Assembly: GCF_001194135.2 (NCBI RefSeq)
Contig: NC_069006.1
Coordinates: 4,565,436 to 4,629,435 of the forward strand
Direction: 5' to 3'
From: Octopus bimaculoides
Taxonomy: Eukaryota
Length of the DNA: 64,000 nt
Part shown: piece by piece, positions 1 to 28,216 of the stretch
How positions within the stretch are numbered: the first letter of the stretch is position 1
How the letters are laid out: every line of letters begins with the position of its first letter
Position numbers and translations under genes: made by a program
The notes under the pieces: model-generated
The model's database searches: none
The model's input: only the letters and a program-made list of their open reading frames with translations
What the model was told of the DNA's origin: nothing

Positions 1-380
1 CTACGCCTAATTTAGATAAGAGAATGATATCATTATCTCTTCACCCCTTTTTTGTGTGTGTGTATGTCTGTGTGTTTGTACATGTGTGAGTGCACGTGTG
101 TGTGTGCGTGTTTGTTTATGCATGCTTGTTTGTGTGTGTGTGTGTGTGTATTTGTATATGTGTGTGTGCATGTCTGTGTTTGTGTGTGCATATGCATGTG
201 TGTGCGTATGCATGTGTATGCGTATGCATGTGTGTTTATGCATGCTTGTTTGTGTGTGTGTATGTGTGAGTGCATGTGTGTTTCCTTGTGAGCATGTTTC
301 TGTGTGTATGTTTATGTGTTTCTGTTTGTGTGTGTGTGTATGCGTGTGTGTGTTTGCATGCGTTTGTGTTTGTGCATGCT

Positions 381-421
<41 letters not shown>

Positions 422-680
422 ATTATGTCTGTGTGTGTGTTTGTATATGTGTGTATGCATGTGTGTTTGTGTGTGCATATATGGCAGTGTATGTTTGTAT
501 ATGTGTTGTGTGCTGATGTGTGCATATGTATACTTGTTTGCGTGCATGGGCTTGTATGTATTTGTGTGTGTGTGTGTATATATATCCTTGTATGTTTGTG
601 CATGTTTGTGTGTTTGTATGCGTGTGTGTGCGTGCGTGTGTATTTGTGTGTGTGTGTTTGTGTCTCTGTGCGTATGTCTT
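1..680. repeat. Imperfect compound (TG)n/(TGTA)n microsatellite
   Basis: Direct reading. Source of the H/T- and C/V-rich ORFs. Confidence 0.95.
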
Positions 681-919
681 CATTAATATTTCCTTTCTAC
701 TCCTCCCATAATTCTTGTGTTTCGCTATTATTCTTGAACAGGAAACTCTGCAACTAACATCAGATCCTTTACCAATTCTTGTCCAGCCATTCTCAGCTTA
801 CATCACGTTTCTCTTCTCTTTTAGATTCTCTCTGATAGAATCCAAACATTAATGGTTTTACTGTTCAGAAAAAAAACAGAAGCAAAAAAGAAAAAAAAAA
901 AGCAGTTTCATATCTTTTA

Positions 920-1140
920 TCTTTCATCTTTTATCTGTTTCGGTCAGTGGACTGTGGCCATGCTGGGGTAATGCTTTGAAGGGTTTTAATTGAAGAAATT
1001 GACCCCAGCACTTGTGTTTTTTGAGGGTTTTTTTTTTAAAGCTTAGTACTTATTTTGTTGGTCTCCTTTGCTGAACTGCTAGGCTACAGGAATGTAAACA
1101 AACCAGCATTTATTTTCAAGTAGTGGTTGGACACTGACAA
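920..1140 (-). mobile_element. SINE family B 3' portion
   Basis: Reverse complement of the cttagcggttcggcaaaagagac...gctccagcatggcc..agtc tail seen at 17460-17600 and 29880-30010. Confidence 0.75.
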
Positions 1141-1859
1141 ATGCATGCACGCACACACACACTAACACACTAACACACACACACACACACACACACATCA
1201 TTGTTTCAATCTCTACTTTTCCATACTTGCATCGGTAGGACAGAATTTGTTGAGGCAGATTTTCTACGGTTGGATGCTCTTCCTGCCAGCAAACTTCAGC
1301 TTCCAAGTAAGATAATATTTCCCCATGAGNNNNNNNNNNNNNNNNNNNNNNNNNNNNNNNNNNNNNNNNNNNNNNNNNNNNNNNNNNNNNNNNNNNNNNN
1401 NNNNNNNNNNNNNNNNNNNNNNNNNNNNNNNNNNNNNNNNNNNNNNNNNNNNNNNNNNNNNNNNNNNNNNNNNNNNNNNNNNNNNNNNNNNNNNNNNNNN
1501 NNNNNNNNNNNNNNNNNNNNNNNNNNNNNNNNNNNNNNNNNNNNNNNNNNNNNNNNNNNNNNNNNNNNNNNNNNNNNNNNNNNNNNNNNNNNNNNNNNNN
1601 NNNNNNNNNNNNNNNNNNNNNNNNNNNNNNNNNNNNNNNNNNNNNNNNNNNNNNNNNNNNNNNNNNNNNNNNNNNNNNNNNNNNNNNNNNNNNNNNNNNN
1701 NNNNNNNNNNNNNNNNNNNNNNNNNNNNNNNNNNNNNNNNNNNNNNNNNNNNNNNNNNNNNNNNNNNNNNNNNNNNNNNNNNNNNNNNNNNNNNNNNNNN
1801 NNNNNNNNNNNNNNNNNNNNNNNNNNNNNNNNNNNNNNNNNNNNNNNNNNNNNNTATAT

Positions 1860-2160
1860 ACTTTATTAAAAAGCAGCAAAAATATCACAAAAACTGTCAC
1901 TCAGAGTTTCACGCTCCTGTTCATTGGACAGTTTTGTTTTGTTTAGAAAACAAACTGTCCAATGAACGAGAACATGAAACTCTGAGTAACAGTTTTTGTG
2001 ATATTTTTGCTGCTTTTTAATAAAGCATATTACTCTACCTCTGGTATTCGAGTACTATTTTTTCCAACTTGTTTTGCATTTATGTGCTTACACATAGTGT
2101 ACTGTTCTGTGGTGGTAAGATGAACAAAAAAAAGTACTCCATCTGGTGAGAGATAAGTAT
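1860..2160. mobile_element. Penelope-like terminal repeat, inverted pair (family also at 37190-37385, 55148-55270, 55910-56065)
   Basis: aaaagcagcaaaaatatcacaaaaactgt.actcagagtttcac and its reverse complement form a hairpin. Same sequence recurs four times. Penelope assignment is inference. Confidence 0.6.
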
Positions 2161-2292
2161 TATTTAACAAACACAGTTGATGTTCTTAGAAGTCTGGGGC
2201 AGGCTTCTGCCTGGCCAACTCCTGTCAAACCATCCCACCCATGCCAGCATGGAAGGTAGATGTTAAATGATGATGATAATGATGATGATGTA

Positions 2293-2495
2293 CTACTATT
2301 AGTTTCATGCTCTACTATTAGAGCATGCCAAACAGTGTTTTATAACATGTCTGGTGTCCTAGCACAATCATCAGGCACTTCCCACATGGCATAACATCAC
2401 GTCATGTGGGCAGTGCTTGATGATTGTACTAGGAGACCAGACGTACTAAAAAATACTGTCTGGTATGCTCTCAGCACATGAAACTAATATTAGCA
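2293..2495. mobile_element. Fold-back (palindromic) MITE, ~200 bp; half copy at 31350-31445
   Basis: Left arm tattagtttcatg...cacttcccacatg pairs with right arm catgtgggcagtg...catgaaactaata. Confidence 0.7.
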
Positions 2496-2517
2496 CATAA
2501 CATAAAAACATATTGTG

Positions 2518-2555
<38 letters not shown>

Positions 2556-3169
2556 TGGGGGGTTAACTCTAATCTCAGTGACCACTTTATCAGTAGTACT
2601 TTATGAAGGAAGATGAGTTATACTTCAGAAAATGATAGAAAGGGGCACATTCACAAATCCAAAGTATGATCCAGTAGGCATGTTATGGTTCTCACAGAGG
2701 GAATAATAATCAATTTGTTTGCAGAAACGCTTCTATCATCAATTTGACTTCTCTTTTCCTCACTTACATAGCTGGGATTTTATCTACTCCATTCCCTAAT
2801 TTTATTTGCATAAACAGCAATCCCTGCTGCTAACTGTGAACTATATTCAGTTTATCAAACTTCAATATGGGAAAAATTTACAACCTTCTACGTCAATAAA
2901 CCACCATTGTTCCTGAAAGTTGGTTTCTTATACCTTCTATGGACTGCCAGAAGCTTACTGTCTTCCTACACTTTGATCCTTGGATCTTACTTTTATATAT
3001 ATGTAAATATATATATAGCATACATATAAGAGGGATGACCGCTAAGTGGACATCCATTATGCTAGAAGAAGACCACCTATGGTCTGACCACTAAAAAAAG
3101 ATTGTTCTCAAGAAAATTCAGCAAACGCCAAAACGTAATATATATATATACACACACACACACACATAC

Positions 3170-3620
<451 letters not shown>

Positions 3621-4206
3621 TATCTCTATAGATATTTTTCCTTAATTTTTCTCCCGGGTTAACTTATTCTTGCACTCCCCCCCCCCATAACCATGATAAA
3701 CATGTAGTTCCCTTTCCAGCTGGTAAACACTTTTTTTTTCTTGCTTTTCGTGTTTTTCTTTGCAGCACTCACCAAGAAATTCCTCCAGATTTCTTCCAGA
3801 TTTTCTTTTAATCTATTTATAATTAAAAGTTAGCTGTATTTTATTCCAAAGTGGGTCAGTCTTAATTTTCTAGAGAATCAGCAGATGTTTTTCAACTGAA
3901 AAGATTGCTTCTTTAGGAATGCAGTTGAACAACTTTATTCATGTTTTTGGAGGGGTTTAGCAACTTGTAGCAAGTTTTGCGGTGACGGGTGGTTAGTTGT
4001 GCATTGCTTTTATGCATAGGAAAATGCATAATGTGCAAGATGTGTGTGGGTAATGGCATCTTGGTGATGTCATTGCTTTGCCCTGCGTCAGTCCTCTGGT
4101 CAAGCAGGTATAAAATCACACCCACTCCAACCATGACTCTCTTGTTTTTCAGTTTAAGAATTTGATCCTCTCTGAGGACTATTTGGTAACTGTTTATACC
4201 AAACTT

Positions 4207-4450
4207 GTGGAGGCGTGTGGCATAGTGGTTAGGGTGTCAGCACCATGATTGTAAGATTGTGGTTTCGATTCCTGGACCGGGCGATGCGTTGTGTTCTTGA
4301 GCAAAACACTTCATTTCACGTTGCTCCAGTCCACACAGCTGGCAAAAATGAGTAACACTGCGATGGACTGGCGTTCCGTCCAGCCGGGGAACACATACGC
4401 CATTGAAACTGGGCCCATGAGCTTGGCTAGGCTTTAAAAGGGCGCATTTA
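4207..4450 (+). mobile_element. tRNA-derived SINE family D (core-SINE-like); minus-strand relatives at 19665-19830, 61270-61510, 63705-63990
   Basis: A box tggcatagtgg, B box ggtttcgattcc, core ttgagcaaaacacttcatttcacgttgctccagtccac, (ttta)n tail. Confidence 0.75.
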
Positions 4451-4749
4451 TTTATTTATTTTTTTTATTATACCAAACTTGCACTATCTTTTTCTCCCCC
4501 ACCCCTATATATATATATATATATAAAACAAATAATAAATGAGTATATGTATATATATGTACAGGTATGTGCATACCTACGTCTACCATTATATATAGGT
4601 GCATATCTGGGTACAGGACATTGCAAACAAAACGTAGACAAAAAAATAATAATAACCAGAGTACAGAAAACACACAGGCCACATAAAGAACATTTTCCTT
4701 CATCAGCTACCGCCATTCTAGCACAGGCGTTTCGAAGAGTATATATATA

Positions 4750-4979
4750 TACAGTTTTGGCCAAAAGTCACCTGACAGTAAATCAAAACCGTTTTATTCC
4801 AAGATTTATTTATGTTTAACAACTGAATGAATTTAATAAAAGCATCTGAATATGAAACACCATGGAAATTGTTCAAACTTCTTGAGCAACAACATTTTTC
4901 CAAATGGATAAATAAAACTGAATATTAAGTATTTATGGAATTTTGATTTACTGTCAGATGACTTTTGGCCAATCCTGTG
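4750..4979. mobile_element. Tc1/mariner-type MITE
   Basis: TIRs (ta)cag..ttggccaaaagtca.ctgacagtaaatcaaaa / ttttgatttactgtcagatgacttttggccaa, inserted in (TA)n. Confidence 0.7.
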
Positions 4980-5504
4980 TGTATATGTATACTGTGTGTA
5001 CGTTTGCCACCTTGGAATCCTCTGTTTAGTTGGTTGATCCACTACTCAGGAAGAGACTATTCTAGAGTACGTCCTGCCTTATCTTCGAAACGTCGAGTTA
5101 GAATAGAGGCAGCTGATGAATAATTCCAAGTGGCTTTCTGTTTTCCTATGTGTTCGTTCCGTGGTCTGTAGTTCATTGNNNNNNNNNNTATATACACACA
5201 CATATATATATATACACACACATATATATATATATACACACACATATATATATATATGCACACACACACACACACACATGTATGAATGAATGAAAATTTG
5301 TTCAACATGAAGATGGAATAAACTGGCTTTAATTACAGATTACAACATTTGTTTCTGTGCAATGGCAACAGTTGTATGTTGCTGAGTTTTCATTCTCATA
5401 CCATTACATGAAATTACTTTATAAATAAATGCATCAATAAACAAGATCCAGCAACAGCTGTTTGCTGGCTCTTCATAGGATAGGTTGCTTTTAGAGCACT
5501 GAGA

Positions 5505-5675
5505 ATTACATGTACAAGGAACCCTTTTTTGTCAAAAATTAGGTTAAAAAATATGGGAGTTTTTTATTCTTGGATAGTGTTATAATCTCTTACAAAACTT
5601 TTTTTTTCCCAAATTTTACCCCCCCCCCCCAAAAAAAAATTAAGGAGTTCCTTATACACGTTAAAATATGGTAAT
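5505..5675. mobile_element. Tigger/pogo-like MITE; second copy in opposite orientation at 24826-24992
   Basis: Terminal taccgtatttt / aaaatatggta-type ends. The two copies align along their length. Confidence 0.55.
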
Positions 5676-5699
5676 TCTCACATCCAACTTAACTTGGAT

Positions 5700-6290
5700 G
5701 TGTTGTTTTGAATGTTTCATCCTTTCGGGGTTGATAAGTTAAGTACCAGTTATGCGTTGGGTCGATGTAATTGACTTATCCCCCACCTCACCAATTTCAG
5801 GCCTTATGCCTATAATAGAAAGGATTATCATTATGAAAGGTGCCAAACTGACTGAATCATTAGCATGCTGGGCAAAATACTTAGCACTGTTTCGCCTGTC
5901 TTCTGGATTAAAATTCCACCGAGGTTGACCTTGCCTTTTGTCCTTTCAGGGTCAGTAAATGAAGTACCAGTGAATTACTGGGGTTGATGTAATTGACTAG
6001 TCTCCTCCCACCAAAATTTCATGCCTTGTGCCTTTTAGTAGAAAGGATTATAATTATTATTAAGGTAACGAGCTGGCAGAATCGTTAGCATGCTGAGCAA
6101 AGAGCTTAGCGACATTTTATCCGTCTTTACATCTGGAGTTCAAATTCTGCCAAGGTCGACTTTACCTTTCATCCTTTTGGGGTCGATAAATTAAGTACCA
6201 GTTGAGCACTGGGGTCGATGTAATCAACTAGTCCCCTTCCTATAAATTTCAAGCCTTGTGCCTATAGCAGAAAGAATTATTATTATTATT
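5700..6290 (+). mobile_element. Three head-to-tail copies of tRNA-like SINE family A
   Basis: ggcgagctggcagaatcgttagc...gagttcaaatt...tttcatcctttcggggtcgataa...gaaaggattattatt repeated. Confidence 0.85.
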
Positions 6291-6292
6291 AT

Positions 6293-6535
6293 TTTATGTT
6301 TGACTTTTTTTTTGCATTTGTACAAGTTGGATCCAAGTCTCACACAAAGACCTCAAGAGACAACAAGTTAGAAGTTCATGTAGGTGTTATGCCTAGGGTA
6401 CCATATATTTGGATTTGTACAGTTTTGTTCAAGTGAATGTTTAAGAAACCATGAGAAAATTATGTGTTTGCTTTAAAATTTGAGATCACATAGACAGTAT
6501 TTTACGTAGGATATGGGCAGTTCCCATGAGCACTT
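6293..6535 (-). mobile_element. R4/Dong-clade non-LTR retrotransposon 3' end (short)
   Basis: Minus strand reads VLMGTAHILRKILSM*, the end of the restriction-like endonuclease domain, plus 3' UTR. Flanked by (ATT)n on both sides. Confidence 0.75.
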
Positions 6536-6538
6536 ATA

Positions 6539-6573
<35 letters not shown>

Positions 6574-6891
6574 ACAATAAAAGCTATGGAAAAGATCCGC
6601 TATGGCTTGTATATCTGATAAATGAGATCACTATTCCGACTTTTCTTATCTTGTAATATTTTGCTGCACCTTCTTCTGAGATCATCCTTGTTTAAAATTT
6701 CAATGACGCAACTTGCCCTCCTTGGCCAGCGACACTCCATCCACGCCAACACAGCTGATGCAGAGACCCACTTTTTAATATTTTTTCTTTCTTCTTTTCG
6801 CTCTACTAAACATCCTACAACAGTCAGTGCACACACTTTAGTGCTTTTGTTGTTATTAGTCATTTCGCAAAGGTGACTTCAGCACAGCTCA

Positions 6892-6967
6892 GTTGCAACC
6901 TGTTGTCATAGAAACAAAGTGTGAGCTAAGAGCAGAATAGGTAAACAGCGAGAGCAACCATGGCAAC
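6892..6967. promoter_or_regulatory. Paired RFX X-box-like motifs (candidate ciliary-type promoter)
   Basis: GTTGTCATAGAAAC (6902-6915) fits the RTHNYY-WT-RRNRAC consensus. GCAACCATGGCAAC (6954-6967) has a perfect 3' half site. GTTGCAAC palindrome at 6892-6899. Lies in unique, repeat-free sequence. Confidence 0.55.
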
Positions 6968-7196
6968 CAGATCACTTTTCTTTTTATGTTTGCTGTTCTT
7001 ATAACTTCCCACTTCTGGCACAAAATCTCCGTGCCTCTGTTCTCATCCAGTTTGTGTGCTTGATTGATTAATTAGTCGTCCATTCTAGCATGTCAAACTA
7101 AGGAGAGAGTAATAAGTTCATGTTTGGTTTGTGAGTTTTGATCAAAGGTTTCTGAGTAAGCAAAACACAATAGCTATATACACACACATACACCCT

Positions 7197-7228
<32 letters not shown>

Positions 7229-7353
7229 CATAAACTCCANNNNNNNNNNNNNNNNNNNNNNNNNNNNNNNNNNNNNNNNNNNNNNNNNNNNNNNNNNNNN
7301 NNNNNNNNNNNNNNNNNNNNNNNNNNNNNNNNNNNNNNNTATTATTATTATTA

Positions 7354-7480
7354 TTATTATTACCTCCGTCTTAGCAAAGGCGGAAGTATCGTTTCCATTT
7401 GTGTTTGTCTGTTTGTCCACGGACAAGATATCTCAAAAACCACTGGATGGATTCGGATGAAATTTTCAGGGATGTTTGGC
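7354..7480 (+). mobile_element. Helentron/DINE-like non-autonomous element, 5' fragment
   Basis: ttattacctccgtc...ggcggaag short hairpin, then gtctgtttgtc microsatellite and ggattcggatgaaatttt core typical of these elements. Confidence 0.55.
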
Positions 7481-8764
7481 AAATTATTTTATTTGTTTTG
7501 TTTTTCTTTTCCCGGTGGCCATGGAACTTTCAGTGGGTTTTAAAACAACCAAGTGCCTTGCATTTTTCGTTGCAGATGCAGCATTCATGTTCATCTGATG
7601 CAATTGGCTACTTGTTTCAGACGACACCCTGATTGTGTACTTTCACGTGCCTTTGTGAGTTCAGACTGTCTGAGGAATTCTCTATCACATAGATCGCATT
7701 TCAGATAAGCTGACAAAAATTGGCTGCCTTCAACCACTTGAGGCCTTTCAGCATGTTTGTATTGGTAACTTGTGAGGCCAGCTCCAGAGCAGTAAACTCA
7801 TCTAGATTAATCACACACACACACATTTGGTTAGGTTAAAGTTAGAACAGTCAAGTATGTTAATTCAGGAAAATTTTCATAAAAGGAAAAGAAGAAAAAA
7901 AAAGCCTCTTCTGTTGAGACTACCAGGAACTGTAAGCATTTAGAAAAGAGAAGTGAAAGACTCGGTTGCCAAAAGGATTATATATCTGGCATCTGTTGAA
8001 GTAGTACACAAACCTGTATGGATCAGTATGTTGGCAAGTTTGTCTTGTGTATAAAATAATAACCCAGTCTAGCAACAAGTATTTGAAACAACAAGTGTTG
8101 GGTTTGTGTAATAAAAGAAAATAAGAGAGGAAGGAGTGGCAATAGGTAAGAAACGATGGGTGGTGGTGGAAGTAGATAAATAAACTAATTACAACTACAG
8201 ATGTGTTTGTATGACCGCGGTGGTGTAAATATTTTCTCATGTAATTAGAACAAGGTCATATTTTGTCTGGGAAGAGAGCTCATAATAAATTGTATCAAAT
8301 GTTTCTGGTACTTAACTCACTGAAGGCAAAGCGCACAAAGGTGGCTTTAATCTTGGATCTTTTAACCCCCTCATATGTAGTGGGGGGTGTGTGTGTGTGT
8401 GTGTGTGAAAGGGAAGTGGTTGATATTTTTTATATTCTTCTTAGCATAATCAGTTGAATCAAATTTACCCGGTACTTGGGTCCTTGAGATTGGAAAGAGG
8501 AAAACTGAAGGTAGCTTTAATCTTTGATCTTTGATCTTTTAATCTCACATTTGGAGTGAAGCAAAGGAAAGTGAGGTTTTTTGGGGGGTTTTTTTTTTTA
8601 GCATAATTCAATCGAATGTCCCTTTTTCTTAACTCACTGACATCAAAAAGAGGAAAACTCCCGTAAGGCAGATTTGAACTTTGAACTTCACATTTGTAGA
8701 TAGGCAGCAGGACATGGTTGATTATATATATATTTTTTTAATTTTAATTATTTTTTTCATGTAG

Positions 8765-8887
8765 CTTCATCAGGAGGAAGTGTCTGAGATCCTTCCAATT
8801 ACAAAAATTCCAATTATGACTAGGATAAATGAAAGAAGGCATCTGCAAATTGGGGACTTGTTCTACAGGCTTGGAGGTGTGGATAGA
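8765..8887 (+). CDS. Candidate coding exon, product unknown (LHQEEVSEILPITKIPIMTRINERRHLQIGDLFYRLGGVDR)
   Basis: Acceptor tttttttcatgtag|, donor AGA|gtaagc, 123 nt, one frame open throughout, phase 0-0. No recognisable homology. Confidence 0.3.
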
Positions 8888-10569
8888 GTAAGCCTTTAGG
8901 ATTCGCATTACTCCAGCAAATGGAATGTTTTTTGATTTCAATTTGTGTTCAACTGATCACTTTTCATCTTGTAGCTTTCATATTTCAATGATGTGATTGT
9001 ATATTTTCAAAATGACATTGTAGGGTACGTATGAGAGACAGGATCTGACCAGTGTGAACTTAAAATGGATAGAATATTTGAGCTCGATATGGCTGGATTA
9101 AATGCCAAAGGGTGAAGCCTAACCCCCATGTAGATCATGGCAGGATTTGATCTCACAACACATACCAGAACATGTTTCATCCAATACTCTAACAATTCTA
9201 CAGGCCTAGATTGGTGATCAGTATATTGACCCCAGAAGGGGGAAAGACAAAGTTGACCTCAATGAGATTTGAAATTGTGCAAAAAGCTAGAATAAATATT
9301 GCAATATGTCTGTCCAATGCTCTACCGACTCAATTCACCGCCTGAAATGATTTTGGTGTATGATCGGTATTGATTTTATTGATCATCTTTTTATCAAACA
9401 TAACCATCCTAAGTAGAGCTTGAACTCAAACACCAGCTTAATAACAAAGCTATTTTATCTAAATTCCTTCATTATTTTCAAATTAATTGAAACAAAGACA
9501 GTGCATTTAAATAGAAATATGGTAACAGAAAGGTTAAAGTGATCTGAATTAAATTAACATGAAATTTTGATGGACGGGCTTTATGTTCCAAACACCAGCT
9601 TAATAATGACAAAAATTTTACTAAATTTTTCATTATTTTACAAAATTAATTGAAACAAAGATAGTATAGGGAGGGTTATTACGCCAATATTTGTTACACA
9701 CACACACTGGTTCAATTCCACTTCTTTATTATTAGTCAGTTCATTAAATATCTCTCCAACTAAGCAATTGATAAAGAATCTTGTAAACCAAATGCAAAAA
9801 CAGAAAAGAAACCATTTAAGATAAAGCCATCCTAGATCAGAATGAGACAATTGGGCACAGATGTTTGGTCACTGGCAATTTGGCATGGCTGAGTTGGACA
9901 TTCAGTTTTTTTGTTTTTTTTTTGGCGACAGTACTTTTTGGTACTGGATGCAAATGCACTCGTTCATACACATGCTGAAATATACACATACTGAGAGAGA
10001 GAGAGAGAGAAAGAGAGAGAGTACAATTTATTAACTGAGGAGGAGTGACATATAAACACTTTCCCTCTTCTCATACACATTGTTTTGATGTGGGTATACA
10101 TGTCTGGTGTAAAATGGTATTATACAAATAAATAGTTGGTTATGGTTATCTGAAAATAACCTATCTGTTAACACAGAATGCACTCCGTCCTACTCAAATG
10201 CAAGTATGATACTCAATATTCACCGTTCACCTACTGACCAAGGGCGGACTGAGAGTATTAAGGGCCCTCGGACATAACTGTTCACCGGGCCCCTTTGATT
10301 GTGTGTTTTAGTAGAGTTAACATGTAGAGTGTGGGCCCCTCAGAGCTCATGGCCCCTGCTACCGACTGTTAAACCAACACACATTGAACTAACATGGTTA
10401 ACCAACACAGTTGAACTAACACCGTCAACTACGCCCTGACAGTTCACTCAGTTCTTATTTATTGTAATCGGTTAGTCCACCTTCAGTCATGCGGGGGTGT
10501 TCAGGATTCTTCCATAACACACATGAAGAGAAATATACTGACATTCACACAAACAGAGAGAGAGAGAGA

Positions 10570-10793
10570 TTAACCCTTTAGTATTCAGGTTTCTTTGTCC
10601 ATTGTATTGTTTATTTATTGATATTGCTTTGAATTAATCATGCATTATCTTGTTGCTTTGAGATTTCAATAATGTGACTGCTTTACTTTTAGAATGACAT
10701 TGTAGGTCAGGTGTGAGAAACTAGATGAGTTTGAATATAAAACAGATAGAATATTAGATCTGGATATGACCAGTTTCAATGCTAAAGGGTTAA
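10570..10793. mobile_element. piggyBac-like MITE family F; copies at 28365-28596, 8935-9115 (partial), 14850-15895 (amplified)
   Basis: TTAA|CCCTTTAG...CTAAAGGG|TTAA ends. Confidence 0.8.
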
Positions 10794-11012
10794 AATAAGA
10801 GAAATGTTTAAATGTTTGTTGTCACATAAATCAGCATTGATTCACTGATGCCAAATATGTCAAAATGGCTGCTCCAAAACATCTCACCCCCTGTCCTTGC
10901 TACTCCAATAGCAAAAGCAAAATTTTACATTACAATATACAACATAGTATACGGCACTACAATGTAGTGGTGTACACCCTACAGCATATCACACTTGAGT
11001 CCTTATATAGCT

Positions 11013-11765
11013 CAGAGGTACTCAACCATTTTTTTATCTATGGACCCCTTTGATTACTAAATTATTCAGGTTGACCCCCTTAGCCATTCGACATTTAAAA
11101 ACTAGTTTTATAGAAACTTCATTAAAAACTCCTATTTTGTTCCCCACACATTCTCTTGTGCTGTTTGAATTTTGTAAAATGTTAGAGAAAGAAACCCAGC
11201 TGTTTCTTGCAATACAGACCAATACATACATCTAAAACAGGGGTTCTCAGCCATTTTTTTTACCCTTTGATTATTATTTTATTCTGGGGGACTCCCATTT
11301 GATTAAAAAGTAGTTTTATAAAAACTTCTTTCTAAATTCCTTTCTTTTCCCGGCAACACATTAACTTATGGTAGGTTGAACTATGTAAAATGTTAGAGAA
11401 AGAAACCCAGCTGTTTCTTGCAATACAGACCAATACATACATCTAAAACAGGGGTTCTCAGCCATTTTTTTTACCCTTTGATTATTATTTTATTCTGGGG
11501 GACTCCCATTTGATTAAAAAGTAGTTTTATAAAAACTTCTTTCTAAATTCCTTTCTTTTCCCGGCAACACATTAACTTGTGTAGGTTGAACTATGTAAAA
11601 TGTTAGAGAAAGAAATCTAGCTGTTTCTTGCAATACAGACCAATATATACATCTAAGGGAAACATTTTTCAGGGGCCCTTAAAATACTATTGTGGATCCC
11701 CAGTTTACTATTTTGTTGTGTAAACCCCTAAAAATCTTATATGGTCCCCCGGTTGAGAACCACTG
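11013..11765. mobile_element. hAT (Charlie/Buster-like) MITE with internal ~210-bp tandem triplication
   Basis: TIR cagaggtactcaacc / ggttgagaaccactg. Exact 8-bp TSD ATATAGCT at 11005-11012 and 11766-11773. Related element at 29485-30158. Confidence 0.85.
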
Positions 11766-11789
11766 ATATAGCTGTATGATACAAAATAA

Positions 11790-26635
<14,846 letters not shown>

Positions 26636-26669
26636 TTCTTTAAAAGATAACAATAACAATAACAATAAC

Positions 26670-26707
<38 letters not shown>

Positions 26708-27497
26708 TAATATTATTATTATTGATAATATTAATAATAACAATAATAATGATATGCGGTGACAATGCAATGCAAACCATGTACAGGAGGACTCGTATGT
26801 TCATGAACATATGCAAGCACACACATACATAAATACATATATATATATGTATGTGTATGTATGTATACATACATACATATATATATATGTATATACATGT
26901 ATATATGTATATATATATATGTGTGCATATATATTTATAGTTATATTCACACCTTGAATCATTATGTTCATCCTCAAATTTTCAATGCAAATTGGTTTAA
27001 CAAAAGAAATTTTTAAAAAATGAAACAAAGACAGAAAGAACTAGAGTATTCTGTGACAAGGTGCAAGTATTTGTGTGTTAACGACGGTGAGATAACGAAC
27101 AAAGATGAAATGAACAAATTACAAAAACTAAAAGAAAAAAAACCAAAANNNNNNNNNNNNNNNNNNNNNNNNNNNNNNNNNNNNNNNNNNNNNNNNNNNN
27201 NNNNNNNNNNNNNNNNNNNNNNNNNNNNNNNNNNNNNNNNNNNNNNNNNNNNNNNNNNNNNNNNNNNNNNNNNNNNNNNNNNNNNNNNNNNNNNNNNNNN
27301 NNNNNNNNNNNNNNNNNNNNNNNNNNNNNNNNNNNNNNNNNNNNNNNNNNNNNNNNNNNNNNNNNNNNNNNNNNNNNNNNNNNNNNNNNNNNNNNNNNNN
27401 NNNNNNNNNNNNNNNNNNNNNNNNNNNNNNNNNNNNNNNNNNNNNNNNNNNNNNNNNNNNNNNNNCATGCATGCATGTATGTATGTGTCTATGTGTG

Positions 27498-27532
<35 letters not shown>

Positions 27533-27561
27533 TCACATATACACACATACATACATACATG

Positions 27562-27593
<32 letters not shown>

Positions 27594-28179
27594 TACACAC
27601 GCACACACACACACATGCACACATTTATATAGACATATATATATGTAATCCAGATATCATGTCTAGATATATATATATATATATATATAATAACATAAAT
27701 AATATATAATTATATGTATATATCCATACATATATGTACATACCTACATCTATATGTATACATACATGCATATATATATATATACTTATTTACACCCACC
27801 CACTCATTGTCCATGAAGCCCTTGTTAAATTTTTATTGTTTTTTTTTCCTTCCATATCTTTCTCCTGGACAGATGTGAAGTTATTCTGCTGGAGGATTCG
27901 ATGAAACCCTCCTATGTGCATGCATGCGCAATACTGCAGTTATACTTTGTTTTTTTTTAAATCCCTGCTTGAGATCCATACAAATTGCTTTGGAGAGGAC
28001 ATGTGATCATTCACTGTGGATCAGTATTTTTCTCCAAGCAAAGAGGATTGTAGGAAACATGGGTCGGGATTAAAAATCTCCATTAATACATGTACAGATG
28101 TATTACTACACTGTATACATTGCATACCAAAAAAAGTGTGTATTACAGTATCGGTCTTTCTACTGGTACATTAACAGAC

Positions 28180-28216
<37 letters not shown>

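Noticed and set aside
7-757. Long His/Thr- and Cys/Val-rich ORFs (also at 16215-16779, 21857-22663, 31452-32272, 40657-40985, 45298-45789)
   Set aside because: Translations of (TG)n/(CA)n/(TA)n/(CATA)n microsatellites with no coding signals.
1330-1854. ORFs running through X tracts (all N gaps, e.g. 18311-18865, 42183-42681, 56989-57777)
   Set aside because: Open only because Ns contain no stop codons.
2856-2900. ATG GGA AAA ATT TAC (MGKIYNLLRQ*) as the missing myristoylated ARF start
   Set aside because: In-frame stop after 10 codons and no phase-1 donor.
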